Positions 53,136-64,000 of a stretch of DNA of 64,000 nt are shown here, one piece after another. How positions within the stretch are numbered: position 1 is the stretch's first letter; each line of letters starts with the position of its first letter. This stretch comes from Vicugna vicugna (taxonomy: Eukaryota), in NCBI GenBank assembly GCA_013265495.1, contig MU058781.1, positions 10,211,009-10,275,008 of the forward strand. The letters are read 5' to 3'. The translations under genes were made by a program, and so were the position numbers. A model generated the notes under the pieces. It did not search any database. It was not told the origin of the DNA and saw nothing but the letters and a program-made list of their open reading frames with translations.

Positions 53136-55092
53136 GCAGGCATTTGTCACTTCCTTTTCAAGACAGATACTAGTATTATTCTTGTTTCCAAGTGAAAAAA
53201 TAGTCTTACAAATGTGAAGTGACTTGCCCAGAGTCTTACAATTTCAGTGGAGGGAGGAGAAATCTAAACCACATTCTCAGATTCCACACTTCTGGTTCCC
53301 TCCTCACCTGTCACAGTACACATTGTACAAGTAGCCATTTCATCACACTGCTATTCCTCTCTCACTGGGTACCAGTCATGCAGTTAAGTTGAGATCATCC
53401 TCCCCTGTTCCATCTCCAGGGGTTATCAGCTTCCTCAACTCAGCTTGAATCCATCCCATATTCACAATAACTGGATCCGTGCCCGAACTAGGTAGAAAAT
53501 AGCATTTGAATGATTCTTTTGGGCGTTTACACTTGACCTAAATTGGTCTTGTCAAACAAGGGTCTAGGATTTCAGCAGTAGTTAGGGGAAGGAAAGTTTT
53601 TTTGTTTAGGTCAAGCAGGCAGTCAGATGAGCAGATGCCAGGACTCTGACTGATGGATCCTTTTCACTGCCATGTAGAAATCTGACCTGCATTGAAAGCC
53701 AGCATTTGGAGGACAGACCCAGAAATTCCAGAGTAAGGGATGGATGCCTATTCGAACTGCCTAAATCCAGATCTACCATTGCCTTTATTGTTTTGCCCAT
53801 TTGTGTCTGGGTTTCTGTCAATTGCAATAGAAACAATTCTTAGTAATAGACCTGAAATGGAAATAGTAATAATTGGCATTTCAAAAGTTATACCACCATG
53901 TATTTATAAGTCCTAACTTAGGCGTGTTTAAACTAGATTGCTGTTAATCACAAACTAAAACAGAATGAAATTCCAGGATGGTTAGATGTGATTGGTACAG
54001 TAACTCTGAAGAAATGTTTATAGACAACCAGCTAACTGCCAGATGTAAAAAAATATATATATATTTGGAGAGAATGGCATGGGTGTAGCTTCGTAAAAGG
54101 AGAAAAGTCATGGCGAACAAAGAACTGACTATTAACATGGTGTAATGGTATTTAAGAAATTTCATCTGAAGCAGTAAGAAAAATAAGATATCAGTTGCAT
54201 TAGTTTTGACAAAATAGATGAATGATCCTGCCTAATTATTTAATTTACTGTGGAGAAGCTGGAATTGAGGAAAAGATTAAGATCAATCCAAATATTTTTC
54301 CAGTTTCTTCAAAAATAGATTTGTGTAAGAATGGTTTCTCTTTCAATTCAGTATCTAAGATTGATTTCAGGCAAAAGACATATTTCTTTATTATTTCTGT
54401 AGCTAAAAATATTCTAATTTGGCTAGTTTTCTGTTCTTTGATGTTCAGACACACTCACAGTAGTGGATAACAGAGAATGCCTCTTTAAATATTGTCACAT
54501 GCCCATACCATTCAAAGAAATGCCCAAGGTGTCACCAACTGAATGCCAGGGTGAACTGCTAATTCTTAACTTGGAAAAGCTATGAAATAATAGCTACCAG
54601 AAGCTACTGCCTAGGACAACAAACTGAGTTCTGAACAACTGAACTCAGCTCTGTTGTCTTAGGTAGTAGTTGTCATTTACAGGGAAAAAGAAAAAAAAGG
54701 AAAAAAAAACTAGCTTCTGGTAAAAGAGGATCTATGACATGGCCAACTTCCAAAGGAGCCTCAAAAAGAAAGGTATTCCTGGATGCACAAGACATAAAAC
54801 CCTCAGCAGCGGTAAGTTAGGGATCTCTACTGTATACCCTGCTGTGCCAACAATACGACACAAATACTCTCCACATGCCTACTTTCAATGTCCTATGAAA
54901 AGATGGTTTCTTTACCCTTTACTTTGTATTTTTTCTCTACCTAACTGCTCTGCTTACTCATAGTTTCTGTTACCTCATAACTTTGGCTAAGTCCATCACT
55001 GTCTTTTCAGCTGATTTCTATAACATTTAACTTTGGTTCCTGCTGCTAAATGACTCATTTCCCTAGAATTTCCTACTTCAAGAGAATCTCAC

Positions 55093-55441
55093 CTCCTGAG
55101 CTCATATTTTGAGAGTGAGGCCACATCACAGTTTCCTCATCAGCTCCTAGACTGACTGCCCTTGAGTCCAGTTGGGGATCACTAAGAAGGTAACAAACTG
55201 TGCAGCAAGATTCCTGCGATGCAGTGTATCCTCGTAAGGAAAGCATCCATGGTGAGCAAGGTACTTGACATGTGACTAATGCAACTGAGCTCTTGCTAAC
55301 TGGTAAAGCAAACTGTCTATATCCCACCCACACAAATTGCAAAATTGCCCCTACCGCACACATTCCATCCAGCACACATCACAGGCTTTGTACACACACC
55401 CACATCTTGCAGCTTATCTTGTTCAATTCCATCTATTGCCT
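55093..55441 (-). pseudogene. Fossil exon (349 nt), Cys-rich: ...CGCVYKACDVCWMECVR*GQFCNLCGWDIDSLLYQLARAQLH*SHVKYLAHHGCFPYEDTLHRRNLAAQFVTFLVIPNWTQGQSV*ELMRKL...
   Basis: cacttccag acceptor, GAG|gtgaga donor; protein-like frame with several TAG stops; ends in phase 0, matching the next exon. Confidence 0.65.
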
Positions 55442-57454
55442 CTGGAAGTGATGTCAAAAGGTCATGTCAAAAACTGCTTGAGGATCTTAGATTCTCCTGG
55501 GTAATGGTCCATACCACCGATCTGAAGCTAGACTATGAAATCTGGCTGTGGTATTTAATATATGGGCAGTTGTGTTAATCTTTTTATTTCTCAGTCTTCT
55601 AATCTATAAAATGAGTATGCTTTTCACCTAGCCTATAAGACTTTGGGAAGGATTAAGTGAATCAATATATCTAAAGTACTTCAAAGAGCACTTGGAACAT
55701 GGGATGTTCGCTATTTTTTAAAAAGTACTATTGAAATACATTCCAGTATTATTTGTCTCCTCTCCGCGTCTGTAAATTGCATAAATACCACTAAAACACT
55801 AATATAAAATAAAAGTAAAAACCTAGAACTGACATAATAAGCAACTTCTATAAAGGAGGGAAATGAGAATAAACTTTCACTTCTCAGTACCTGGAACTAT
55901 AATAACACCATTCGCTTGTTCTGGTTCTCAACAAATGTTTCATTTTCTAGGATAGTTCACTAACCTTGAGACATGTGGCACTGTAAGGCCATTAATTTTG
56001 GGATGGCAGGACATTTAAGAGGATGAGTAATTCCAAGGGTATTAGCATGCTGCCTAACTTCTTTTGTAATGCAGAGCCCATTCTCTGGAAATCACAGATC
56101 AAGACTTTATTAGCTATGTCACAGCCACTGCAATGCATTAAGTAAACCTGATTACACCTGATCCCTGGTACAGATTTAAATTTTACTTAAAGTCTTTTGG
56201 TTAAAAGTAAACAGACTCACTCGAGTGGCCTCAACAAAAAGAGAGCTTCTCTTAAAAACATATGTGCTCCAGATCTGAGACAAGAGTGTTGACAGGAAAG
56301 GAAGCAACTCTAGGAATCAGCTATTCTATCTGTATATCTCAGGATAAACGAGACTGTATTTTAATGTCTTTATTGTTGTTGTTTTTCTGAGTTTCTATTT
56401 TGGAGCTTCAGTTTACCATCTTCTCTACCTTAAGGCCCCAATACTGCCTCATGGTTTCTTTCTTTAGGCCTCTTTCGACCTTCAGCAATGGCTACCCATT
56501 GCTTGATTTTCTCTGTCTTCTCAATTAAAATCCCAGAAAAGGTGAATCCCACTGGCCTAGCTTACCATATCAGATTTTCTAGTAGTTTGAGTGCCCGTGG
56601 TCAATACCCACTCCTGCTCAATTTACAGAGGGAGGGGAGGAGATTTCATTGTTTTACCCAGGGCTGCCTTTTTCTTGGGGCCAATGAGCAGAAACATTTC
56701 CCTTGGAAGGTCCTGCATGCATAGAGGTGTTATGAGTAACATAATATAACAGCTTAAAAGGAAAGCAAAACTTACTCCTCAGGGCATGACCACAAAGAAA
56801 ACTTTCTATTTAGTGGTGCCAACTCAGCAGATTTCTTCCAAGGTGGGAGGATTTACTCCATGGACAATCAGCAAACACTGCAAATGAAGGCTTCCCATCT
56901 CTGCACTGCCCGCTGGCCCCCACCACCCTGCTTTCCCAACACACTGCCTCTTACCCAGTAATTTCAGAAAAAAAAGTCCCATTGACATGGGCCAGGCACC
57001 CATTCCTGAATCTTAGTGTAGCCAGAGTGTGGATGAAACAGGTTGTTCAGGCCTGAGGCTCCCAAAACCTTCATGGAGTTAGGGTGTTGGTTGGCCCTGT
57101 AAGAACTGCAAAGTTGAAAGGGAACAGAAGCGGTTTCAAAATTAAGTTGACCTTGTTCAAAGAAAGAGCTGTGAACAAGGAGCACGCAGAAACCCTACGG
57201 CAAGACTCCTGCAGAATCTGAGATGTTTTGAGCCAGACGGCAAAACGGGACAGGACAGGCAATAAAGGTCATGAAAGGCTGCAGGACGCTGGGGGATTAC
57301 ACTGATGTGCTGGTTCTACCTCGCTACTCTACGACAGAATTCCTTACTTTCCTAAAGTAAAAGAAACATTTAATGTGTATAAGAGAATAAGAATATACAA
57401 GCTTCTGTTTCCCCTCTAGACTGTGAACTGTTAGGAAGTAAGAATGATGCCCTC

Positions 57455-58472
57455 ATAAACCCACAGACCTATGCTCAATTAATCTTCGACAAAGGAGGTA
57501 AGAACACACAATGGAGAAAAGACAGTGTCTTCAGCGAACGGTGTTGGGAGAACTGTACAGCAGCATGTAAATCAATGAAGTTAGAATACTCCCTCACATC
57601 ATACACAAAAATAAACTCAAAATGGCTTAAAGATTTAAATATAAGACAAGACGTGATAAACCTCCTAGAAGAAAACATAGGCAAACATTCTCTGACATAA
57701 ATCTTAGCAATGTTCTCCTAGGGCAGTCTACCCAGGCAATAGAAATAAGAGCAAAAATTAACAACTGGGACCTAATTAACCTTAAAAGCTTCAAGCTTTT
57801 GCAAAGCAGAGGAAACCATAAGCAAAACAAAATGACAGCCTATGTAATGGGAGGAAATATTTGCAAATGATGCAAGTGACAAAGGCTTAATTTCCAGAAT
57901 ATGTAAACAGCTCATACAGCTTAATAAGAAAAAACCAAACAACCCAATCCAAAAATGGGCAGAAGACCTAAACAAGCAATTCTCTAATGAAGATACACAA
58001 ATGGCCAATAGACACATGAAAAAATGCTCAATCTCACTAATTATCAAAGAAATGCAAATCAAAACTACAATGAGGTATCACTTTACACCAGTCAGAATGG
58101 CCATAATTCCAAAGTCCATGAATGATAAATGCTGGAGACAGTGTGGAGAAAAGGGAATCCTCCTGCACTGTTGGTGGGAATGTAGTTTGGTGCAGCCTTT
58201 ATGGAGAACAGTATGGCGATTCCTCAAAAATTAAAATAGACTTAACATATGATCCAGCAATCCCATTCCTGGGCAATATATCCAGAGGGAACTCTAATTT
58301 GAAAAGAGATATATGCACCTAAATATTCATAGCAGCACTATATACAATAGCCAAGACACAGAAGCAACCTATATATCCAACAACAGATGACTGGATAAAG
58401 AAGTTGTGGTATATTTATATAATGGAATACTACTCAGCCATAAAAAAATAAAATAATGTCATTCGTAACAGC
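57455..58472 (+). mobile_element. Relatively young L1 ORF2 C-terminal fragment, truncated at both ends
   Basis: ORF 58001..58234 ([36 protein letters not shown]...[21 protein letters not shown]) is the classic L1 ORF2 C-terminus; frameshifted. Confidence 0.93.
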
Positions 58473-58880
58473 ATTTTGGCATCTTTTATCTGCCTGCATC
58501 TGATGCTAAATGCTGTCAAGATTCACAGAGGTTTCAAGGGTTCAGATGTGGTGCAATCATTTGACTTCCCCTACCTACCTTATGGTTTCCTGAAGCATTG
58601 AAAGCACAGACAGAAAGCAGTTGGCTTACTGCACCCCCCAGACCCCCCACAAAAGGACATTTTAATTTCTATTGCATTCCAACTCTCCTTCACCAGAATT
58701 AAGGAGTTATTCTTTTAAGCTATGGTAGTGTCAGAGACAGACGGAAGCAAAGATACAAAAACACCTTGATTATATTCTACACGTATGATGCTCAAATATA
58801 CCCAAACAAGACTTGGATTTTCCCCACCCCTTTTTTTGTTGTATACCCCTTAAAAGATGCCAAGTATGAAAACAAGGCAC

Positions 58881-59216
58881 CTCTGGTGAATTACAGACAT
58901 TCAATAGTCCTCCAATGCCAGTCCTTCCTCTCTGACTCTGATCAAGACAATTTTATAGGAAAATGATAAAGATATCTGCCATACTTGTTAATAAAACTTC
59001 ACTGAGACTAAACAGGTTGAGGAGCAGAAAATTAAAGCTGGACCCACTCGGGCTGTATTGAGAATACCTGACATGAGAATACAGTCCCAGCGACCTTTTC
59101 GCTATCTCTGTTGAATTGACTTCGATATAGTTCCCTTCATCCCCATATAGAAGTGTACAAACCACCTCCTGTGGAGGTTGAGGCTTACACGAGGTCTCTC
59201 TCCCTTGCTAAGATCC
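58881..59216 (-). pseudogene. Fossil exon (~336 nt, frameshifted): ...PQPPQEVVCTLLYGDEGNYIEVNSTEIAKRSLGLYSHVRYSQYSPSGSSFNFLLLNLFSLSEVLLTSMADIFIIFL*NCLDQSQRGRTGIGGLLNVCNSPE
   Basis: tttcttttgagtag acceptor; long near-open frame containing ORF 58953..59165; weak donor gtgcct. Confidence 0.55.
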
Positions 59217-59804
59217 CTACTCAAAAGAAAGGTCATGGAAGCTGCATACTGATCACATTCTAAACCTTTTCACCCGGGCCCCAGTGGAAGCCCAGATTAA
59301 TGAGACTGATAAACTCTGATTTACCCTTTAGGAGAGTCGGAGAAAAACACCCCATGGCGATCATTCAAGGCCAAAGAAGAGGCCACGCCAACTCTCAGCT
59401 CTCTTAACCAGCTATTGTTCCAAAGACATTTTTGAATCCCAATAGGCAATGGCAAGTGTGCAAACCTTCCTTTCTCTCTCTTTCCTGGAGTGAGAAGAGA
59501 ACACCATCAAAGGTCAGAATTTCCAGAATGAAGTGATAGGTCAAAGGTTACCAAAATGTTTTATCGAACTTATTATCAATAAGGCATTTTTATCCATACC
59601 CTCATTGTGACAATTTTACGTTCAAATGATCTATTTATGTTACACTGGTATCTCTTAATGTTTCCTTTTAGTTCTTCAGGTTGGGTGAAAATGGCAATCA
59701 GTCATAAAATGCTCAAAACATTTGGGGAAAAGAAAAATCTTATTTTGGCAGAAAACCTAACAATAGATGCATGTTGTTTATTCATTAAGGGAAAAATATT
59801 TGAC

Positions 59805-60272
59805 ATGTGAGAAAAATGGCTCCCCAAAGATGTCCATGTCTTGATTCCTAGAATGAAACAAAGGCACCTTGCAGATTGTGACTAAGTGAAGAATCATGAG
59901 ATGCAGAGATTAGCTCAAATTTACTGGAAGGTACCAACAGAATCACAGGCTAAGGCCTTGTAAGTGAAAAAGGGTGGCAGAAGAATCAAGGTTAAAGGAG
60001 ATGTGACAACAGAAGAAAAGTTAGGAGTGATGTGAATGCTGGCTTTCAAGATGGAGCCAAGGAACCAGGGCAGCCTCGAGAAGCTGGAAAAGGGAAGGAA
60101 AGGAATTCGCCCCTACAGCCTCCAGAAGGAATGCAGCCCTGCAGCACCTTGATTATAGACCAATGGGACCCATTTGGATTTCTGACATCCAGAACTGTAG
60201 ATTAATAGATTTTTCTCATTTAATCAACTAAATTTGGGGTGACTAGATACAGCAGCAATAGGAAACTAATAC
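59805..60272 (+). mobile_element. MLT1D-like LTR
   Basis: aatggctccccaaagatgtccatgtc...gcctccagaaggaatgcagccctgc...acagcagcaataggaaactaatac. Confidence 0.85.
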
Positions 60273-61818
60273 CTGGTCCTAATAACTATTACTAAGTCAT
60301 TGTAAAGAATCTATGGGACAATATATATAAACCACCTAATTGACCATCATTGTTAAAATGATTATTAACAAATCTCAGTTGACCGCCCCTTACTCTGCAC
60401 AGAATTAGGCCATCTTTGGACTCGGTGGGGACCCATGACTAAAGTATCAAATTATTTCCTACTCATACTCAAACTGATCCATGTTATCTGCATTAAAAGT
60501 ACTTGCAACTTTTATCACTTTTTAAAAAATCTAGTCATCTAAAATTAAGCTTTCTTTATTTAATATGTTGCCCACTGCATTGTTGGCAATCAATAAAACA
60601 GTATTCAAAAACAAAAGATAGTATCAAAATTCCTGTTTTATTTTGAAATAAGATATAAAGATCTTCTAATCCTTTGTGGTTTGTAAGAACTAAAACTAGC
60701 AAGTTCACATTTAAGAAAGAATTAGGTGACGTTTTAAATTCCTCAAAACCGAGTGAGTTATTTAAAATATGCACTCGGGGCAAACAAAATGACCAAATAA
60801 TTAGGCCTGTATTTTTATTTTAAAAGAATGAAATGTTTTATTATTGCATCAGACTTAGGAAATTTCAAACAATGCTTTTAAACATCGCATATATGAACTC
60901 AGATATGTTATCACTATTAATTATCACCAGTTTATATAAAAAAGAAGCTTTGGTATTTTTATCAGGGGAGACAATGCTTTTAATTCCCTTGCATTTGTTC
61001 GAGAAAAGTCTAACCTCAGACTACATCTGTGCATTTAGAGATAAGGATAATATTCTTCCTAACATCAAGGACAAAAGCAAATATGTGAAGCTCCAGATGG
61101 ATACTGTGTCTATAAATTTATGTACTTTCATGGGGGATTAGCATGGGAATAAAGCATTTTTTTTTCTATACTATAAGATTTTTGACTAAGAGGGTTAGTA
61201 AATCTTTGCTAAAACTTGGAATAATTATTTGGAAAATTTTAGTATGAGAACCTTCAAGAAAGAAAATAATTCAGTTGCAACCAGAGTATTTGGCCTGTGT
61301 CCCATTTGTAATTAAAGGTGACCTAATGGACGTCACACTTCACTAACTGGGCAAACTCTACCTTTAGGACTACAAGTGAAGTCCTAATTGCATACATAAT
61401 TTAGGCAAAATCTGACAACAGTAATTTTTTAACTAAGGTATATGTACCTAGAGTAAAACACTAGTTACTTCTAGGAAATTTATGTTTATTTTATATGCTT
61501 TCAGACTGAAAAACATAATACACAGAAATACATGCAAACATAATCATAAAGGAGATGTTGTTTTGTAATCTGCTTTTTTCCACCTGCTTCCACATGTTGA
61601 TCCTCCCTTCATAAGGTTAATTTGTTTCTGAATAACCTCACTGCTATGTCAAAAAGCATTCAATGAAGACAAATTTCTCTTAATTGAATTTGAAGAATTT
61701 TTCCCAACAGAAAAATATTTCATTTGAACAAGTTTACCTAAATAATCACTGATAATTTGGAAGTAAATGATACACTTTGTACATAAAATATGGTGCAGTG
61801 AAGGTTTCTCTTACTCAC

Positions 61819-61935
61819 CGTAGGAGGCAGAGACCTGCTGGGTGGCGGTGAATGGTGCCAGAGGGCTGTGAAGGCGTTGCTATGGAAACTTTCTTTTCTA
61901 CGTTATCTCTTCACCAGATTTTCAACCCTTTGATC
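61819..61935 (-). pseudogene. Fossil exon, 117 nt, phase 2-2: IKGLKIW*RDNVEKKVSIATPSQPSGTIHRHPAGLCLLR
   Basis: ctgtag|G acceptor, ACG|gtgagt donor; 144-nt intron to the previous exon; one TGA. Confidence 0.72.
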
Positions 61936-62079
61936 CTACAGTCATCTTGCATGCCAACTGTGCTTACAAAAATAGTTCAGAGCAACCCCTTGAAGGCAAT
62001 TAAAGTTCAAAAATGAGAGCTCGTCAAAACATGAGGAAGTAGCCTTGATGCACAAGGGTCAAATAGGTATATAACTTAC

Positions 62080-62190
62080 CCTGATCCAGTTTTCGGACAC
62101 AGGAACTCCCAGTAAAACACCGGTCTTTGGGCTCACCCAAACATGGGGTGTAATTTAAATTTGTTCCATGCAACATTCTCAGACCACAAC
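62080..62190 (-). pseudogene. Fossil exon, 111 nt, phase 2-2: LWSENVAWNKFKLHPMFG*AQRPVFYWEFLCPKTGSG
   Basis: taacag|G acceptor, CAGG|gtaagt donor; one TGA; phase matches the next exon. Confidence 0.7.
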
Positions 62191-62727
62191 CTGTTACATC
62201 AACTAAATTATCTCTGAAAGAACTGTGTTAAAATATTTCTTCTTACAGCATATTTTGGAACAAACTCCTTATTTAAAAAAAGAAAGGGAACTGTCTGAAA
62301 AACAGTAGAGCTTTGCAAGCACTATTAGGAGAAAAAGTTATTAACTGAACAATGTTTATGTGAGATTAGCATGTTGCGAATGTAATTAGAGATGTTACCA
62401 AAGGTATAGACTGTGGTCTTCTTATTCAGAAGCAGTCCAGTTTAGAAACCAGACGGTATTCCATCTATGCTGAATAGCAACTGTGAGAAAAATTATCTAA
62501 GAGAAACATGAAGGAACATTGGTAAGGAAATGCAACCATTAGATAAAAACTTAAAAAAAAAAGTCCCTAACCTTAGACCTAATAGTTCACTTCAGAGAAC
62601 TTACTTAAAAAAAGATTAGAAATTTAAGTACCTATACGGTTATTGCTGTGTTCTTTATAACAGTGAAAAATTGAAAATGATTTCTATGTCTAAATAATTA
62701 AACTACTTAAGTAACTTAGGTACAGCC

Positions 62728-63469
62728 ATATACTGGGATAATTCAAAGCCATGAAAACTTATCTTAAATGATAGTTAACACATGAAAAATGCATTTCAAG
62801 TATTGCTAAATTAAGACAAATCAGATTGCAATATATTCAAATCAATCTCAATTTTGTCAAATCTCTCTCTCTCAATGTTGATTTACTCTTAGAGAAGTTT
62901 GAACAGAAACCAATCAAATATTAACTGTGGTTTTCCCTACTGTGAAATTTGGGGTGATTATATCTTTTTTATTATTCTTTTCTATATTCTACCATTTTTT
63001 TTCCAACAGGTAATAATACTCAATTTTTTCCTTTTTTTTTTTCACAAATGAGAATCTCAATTGGAATTGGTTTTTAAGATAGCAGGAAATAAGAGAAAAT
63101 ATACTGGGATAATTCAAAGCCATGAAAACTTATCTTAAATGATAGTTAACACATGAAAAATGCATTTCAAGTATTGCTAAATTAAGACAAATCAGATTGC
63201 AATATATTCAAATCAATCTCAATTTTGTCAAATCTCTCTCTCTCAATGTTGATTTACTCTTAGAGAAGTTTGAACAGAAACCAATCAAATATTAACTGTG
63301 GTTTTCCCTACTGTGAAATTTGGGGTGATTATATCTTTTTTATTATTCTTTTCTATATTCTACCATTTTTTTTCCAACAGGTAATAATACTCAATTTTTT
63401 CCTTTTTTTTTTTAACAAACGAGACTTTCAATTGGAAGTGGTTTTTAAGATAGCCTGATATAAGAGAAG
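62728..63469. repeat. Direct tandem duplication, 371-bp unit (62728-63098 / 63099-63469)
   Basis: First ~310 bp appear identical; mismatches occur only after the poly-T run. Confidence 0.95.
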
Positions 63470-63699
63470 ACTGAACACTGAAAAATAGGCTCAGGCAGGA
63501 ATCATGTTGTGAAGTAATATAGGCTTGAAGTTATCAAGGTGTAAATTAAGGAGCTTGTAGTTGAAAAGGAGATTGGGGGGGGGGTTCTGCAAAGGGAAAT
63601 TTTAACCAAATTACTCAGTGAAAAGTTAGCCAAATGCTCAAAATATTAGTCATTAAACATTTAGTTTTAAATAGAGAAGGAGATGGGTAAATTCTGGGT

Positions 63700-64000
63700 T
63701 TCTCCCAAATATTCCACTTTGGTTAGCCCGACAGTTCTAAATCTCTGGGCATTCTAATTATCTTGAGATCTGGGACTAAGTACGTTCTGATTGCGATGTT
63801 CTCTGAAGGAGCCACCGTGCAGCCTTGCTCAAAGTGATCTGTAATACTCGTGTGTGAATTTCACCACTGCAAAGGCTACCATGTGGTCCATGTGGACAGA
63901 AGTGAGGAGTTCTGATGTTGGCCAGGGATTTGAATTAATATAAAGTGACTGGTTGCTCAGCCCTGTTATATATTCAGTAATCGGTACCTTTCATCTTCTT
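63700..64000 (-). pseudogene. Possible upstream fossil exon, boundaries unresolved
   Basis: Unique, moderately GC-rich sequence with long semi-open minus frames (e.g. KVPITEYITGLSNQSLYINSNPWPTSELLTSVHMDHMVAFAVVKFTHEYYRSL*). No clear donor found. Confidence 0.3.

Larger units (their letters stand above)
16500..62190 (-). pseudogene. Large decayed multi-exon gene (putative unitary pseudogene), ~23 candidate exons, death-domain-like segments; probably extends upstream toward or beyond 64000
   Basis: Series of minus-strand segments bounded by (Y)nAG acceptors and GT(A/G)AG-type donors, all in unique sequence between repeats. Phases match across several adjacent pairs. Translations are protein-like with scattered in-frame stops and frameshifts. 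Confidence 0.75.

Noticed and set aside
61819..62190. In-frame TGA codons in two adjacent exons read as selenocysteine or readthrough
   Set aside because: Other exons of the same chain have TAA/TAG stops, frameshifts and broken splice sites; CGA/TGG>TGA decay is the simpler explanation.
16500..62190. Naming the fossil gene as DTHD1, PIDD1, DAPK1, PKHD1, VWDE, TTC41 or CATSPERE
   Set aside because: The peptides do not match my recollection of those sequences beyond generic motifs, so no symbol is assigned.
1..64000. CRISPR arrays, tRNA/rRNA genes, prokaryotic operons, CpG-island promoter
   Set aside because: None seen; the sequence is CpG-depleted mammalian intronic or intergenic DNA.

Overview
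AT-rich, CpG-depleted placental-mammal genomic DNA. L1 3'-end style and the apparent absence of Alu, Bov-tA, PRE-1 or SINEC elements suggest a cetartiodactyl, possibly a camelid (inference). I see no intact protein-coding gene; most ORF-track entries are noise or repeat-derived. The window carries many old interspersed repeats (L1, L2, MIR, MLT1, MER21, MER58, MER20, MER5, MADE2). Reading between the repeats on the minus strand shows a chain of about 23 candidate exons from ~62.2 kb down to ~16.5 kb, possibly continuing past 64,000. Most have canonical splice sites, several adjacent pairs have matching phases, and the translations look protein-like but carry stops and frameshifts. This fits a large decayed multi-exon pseudogene (~1,480 codons) that I cannot name; some segments resemble death domains. 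A second decayed multi-exon gene appears to end on the plus strand at 1-~1000, converging on the first. A 371-bp tandem duplication at 62.7-63.5 kb looks like an assembly artefact. All exon and repeat calls are by eye, with no database search.
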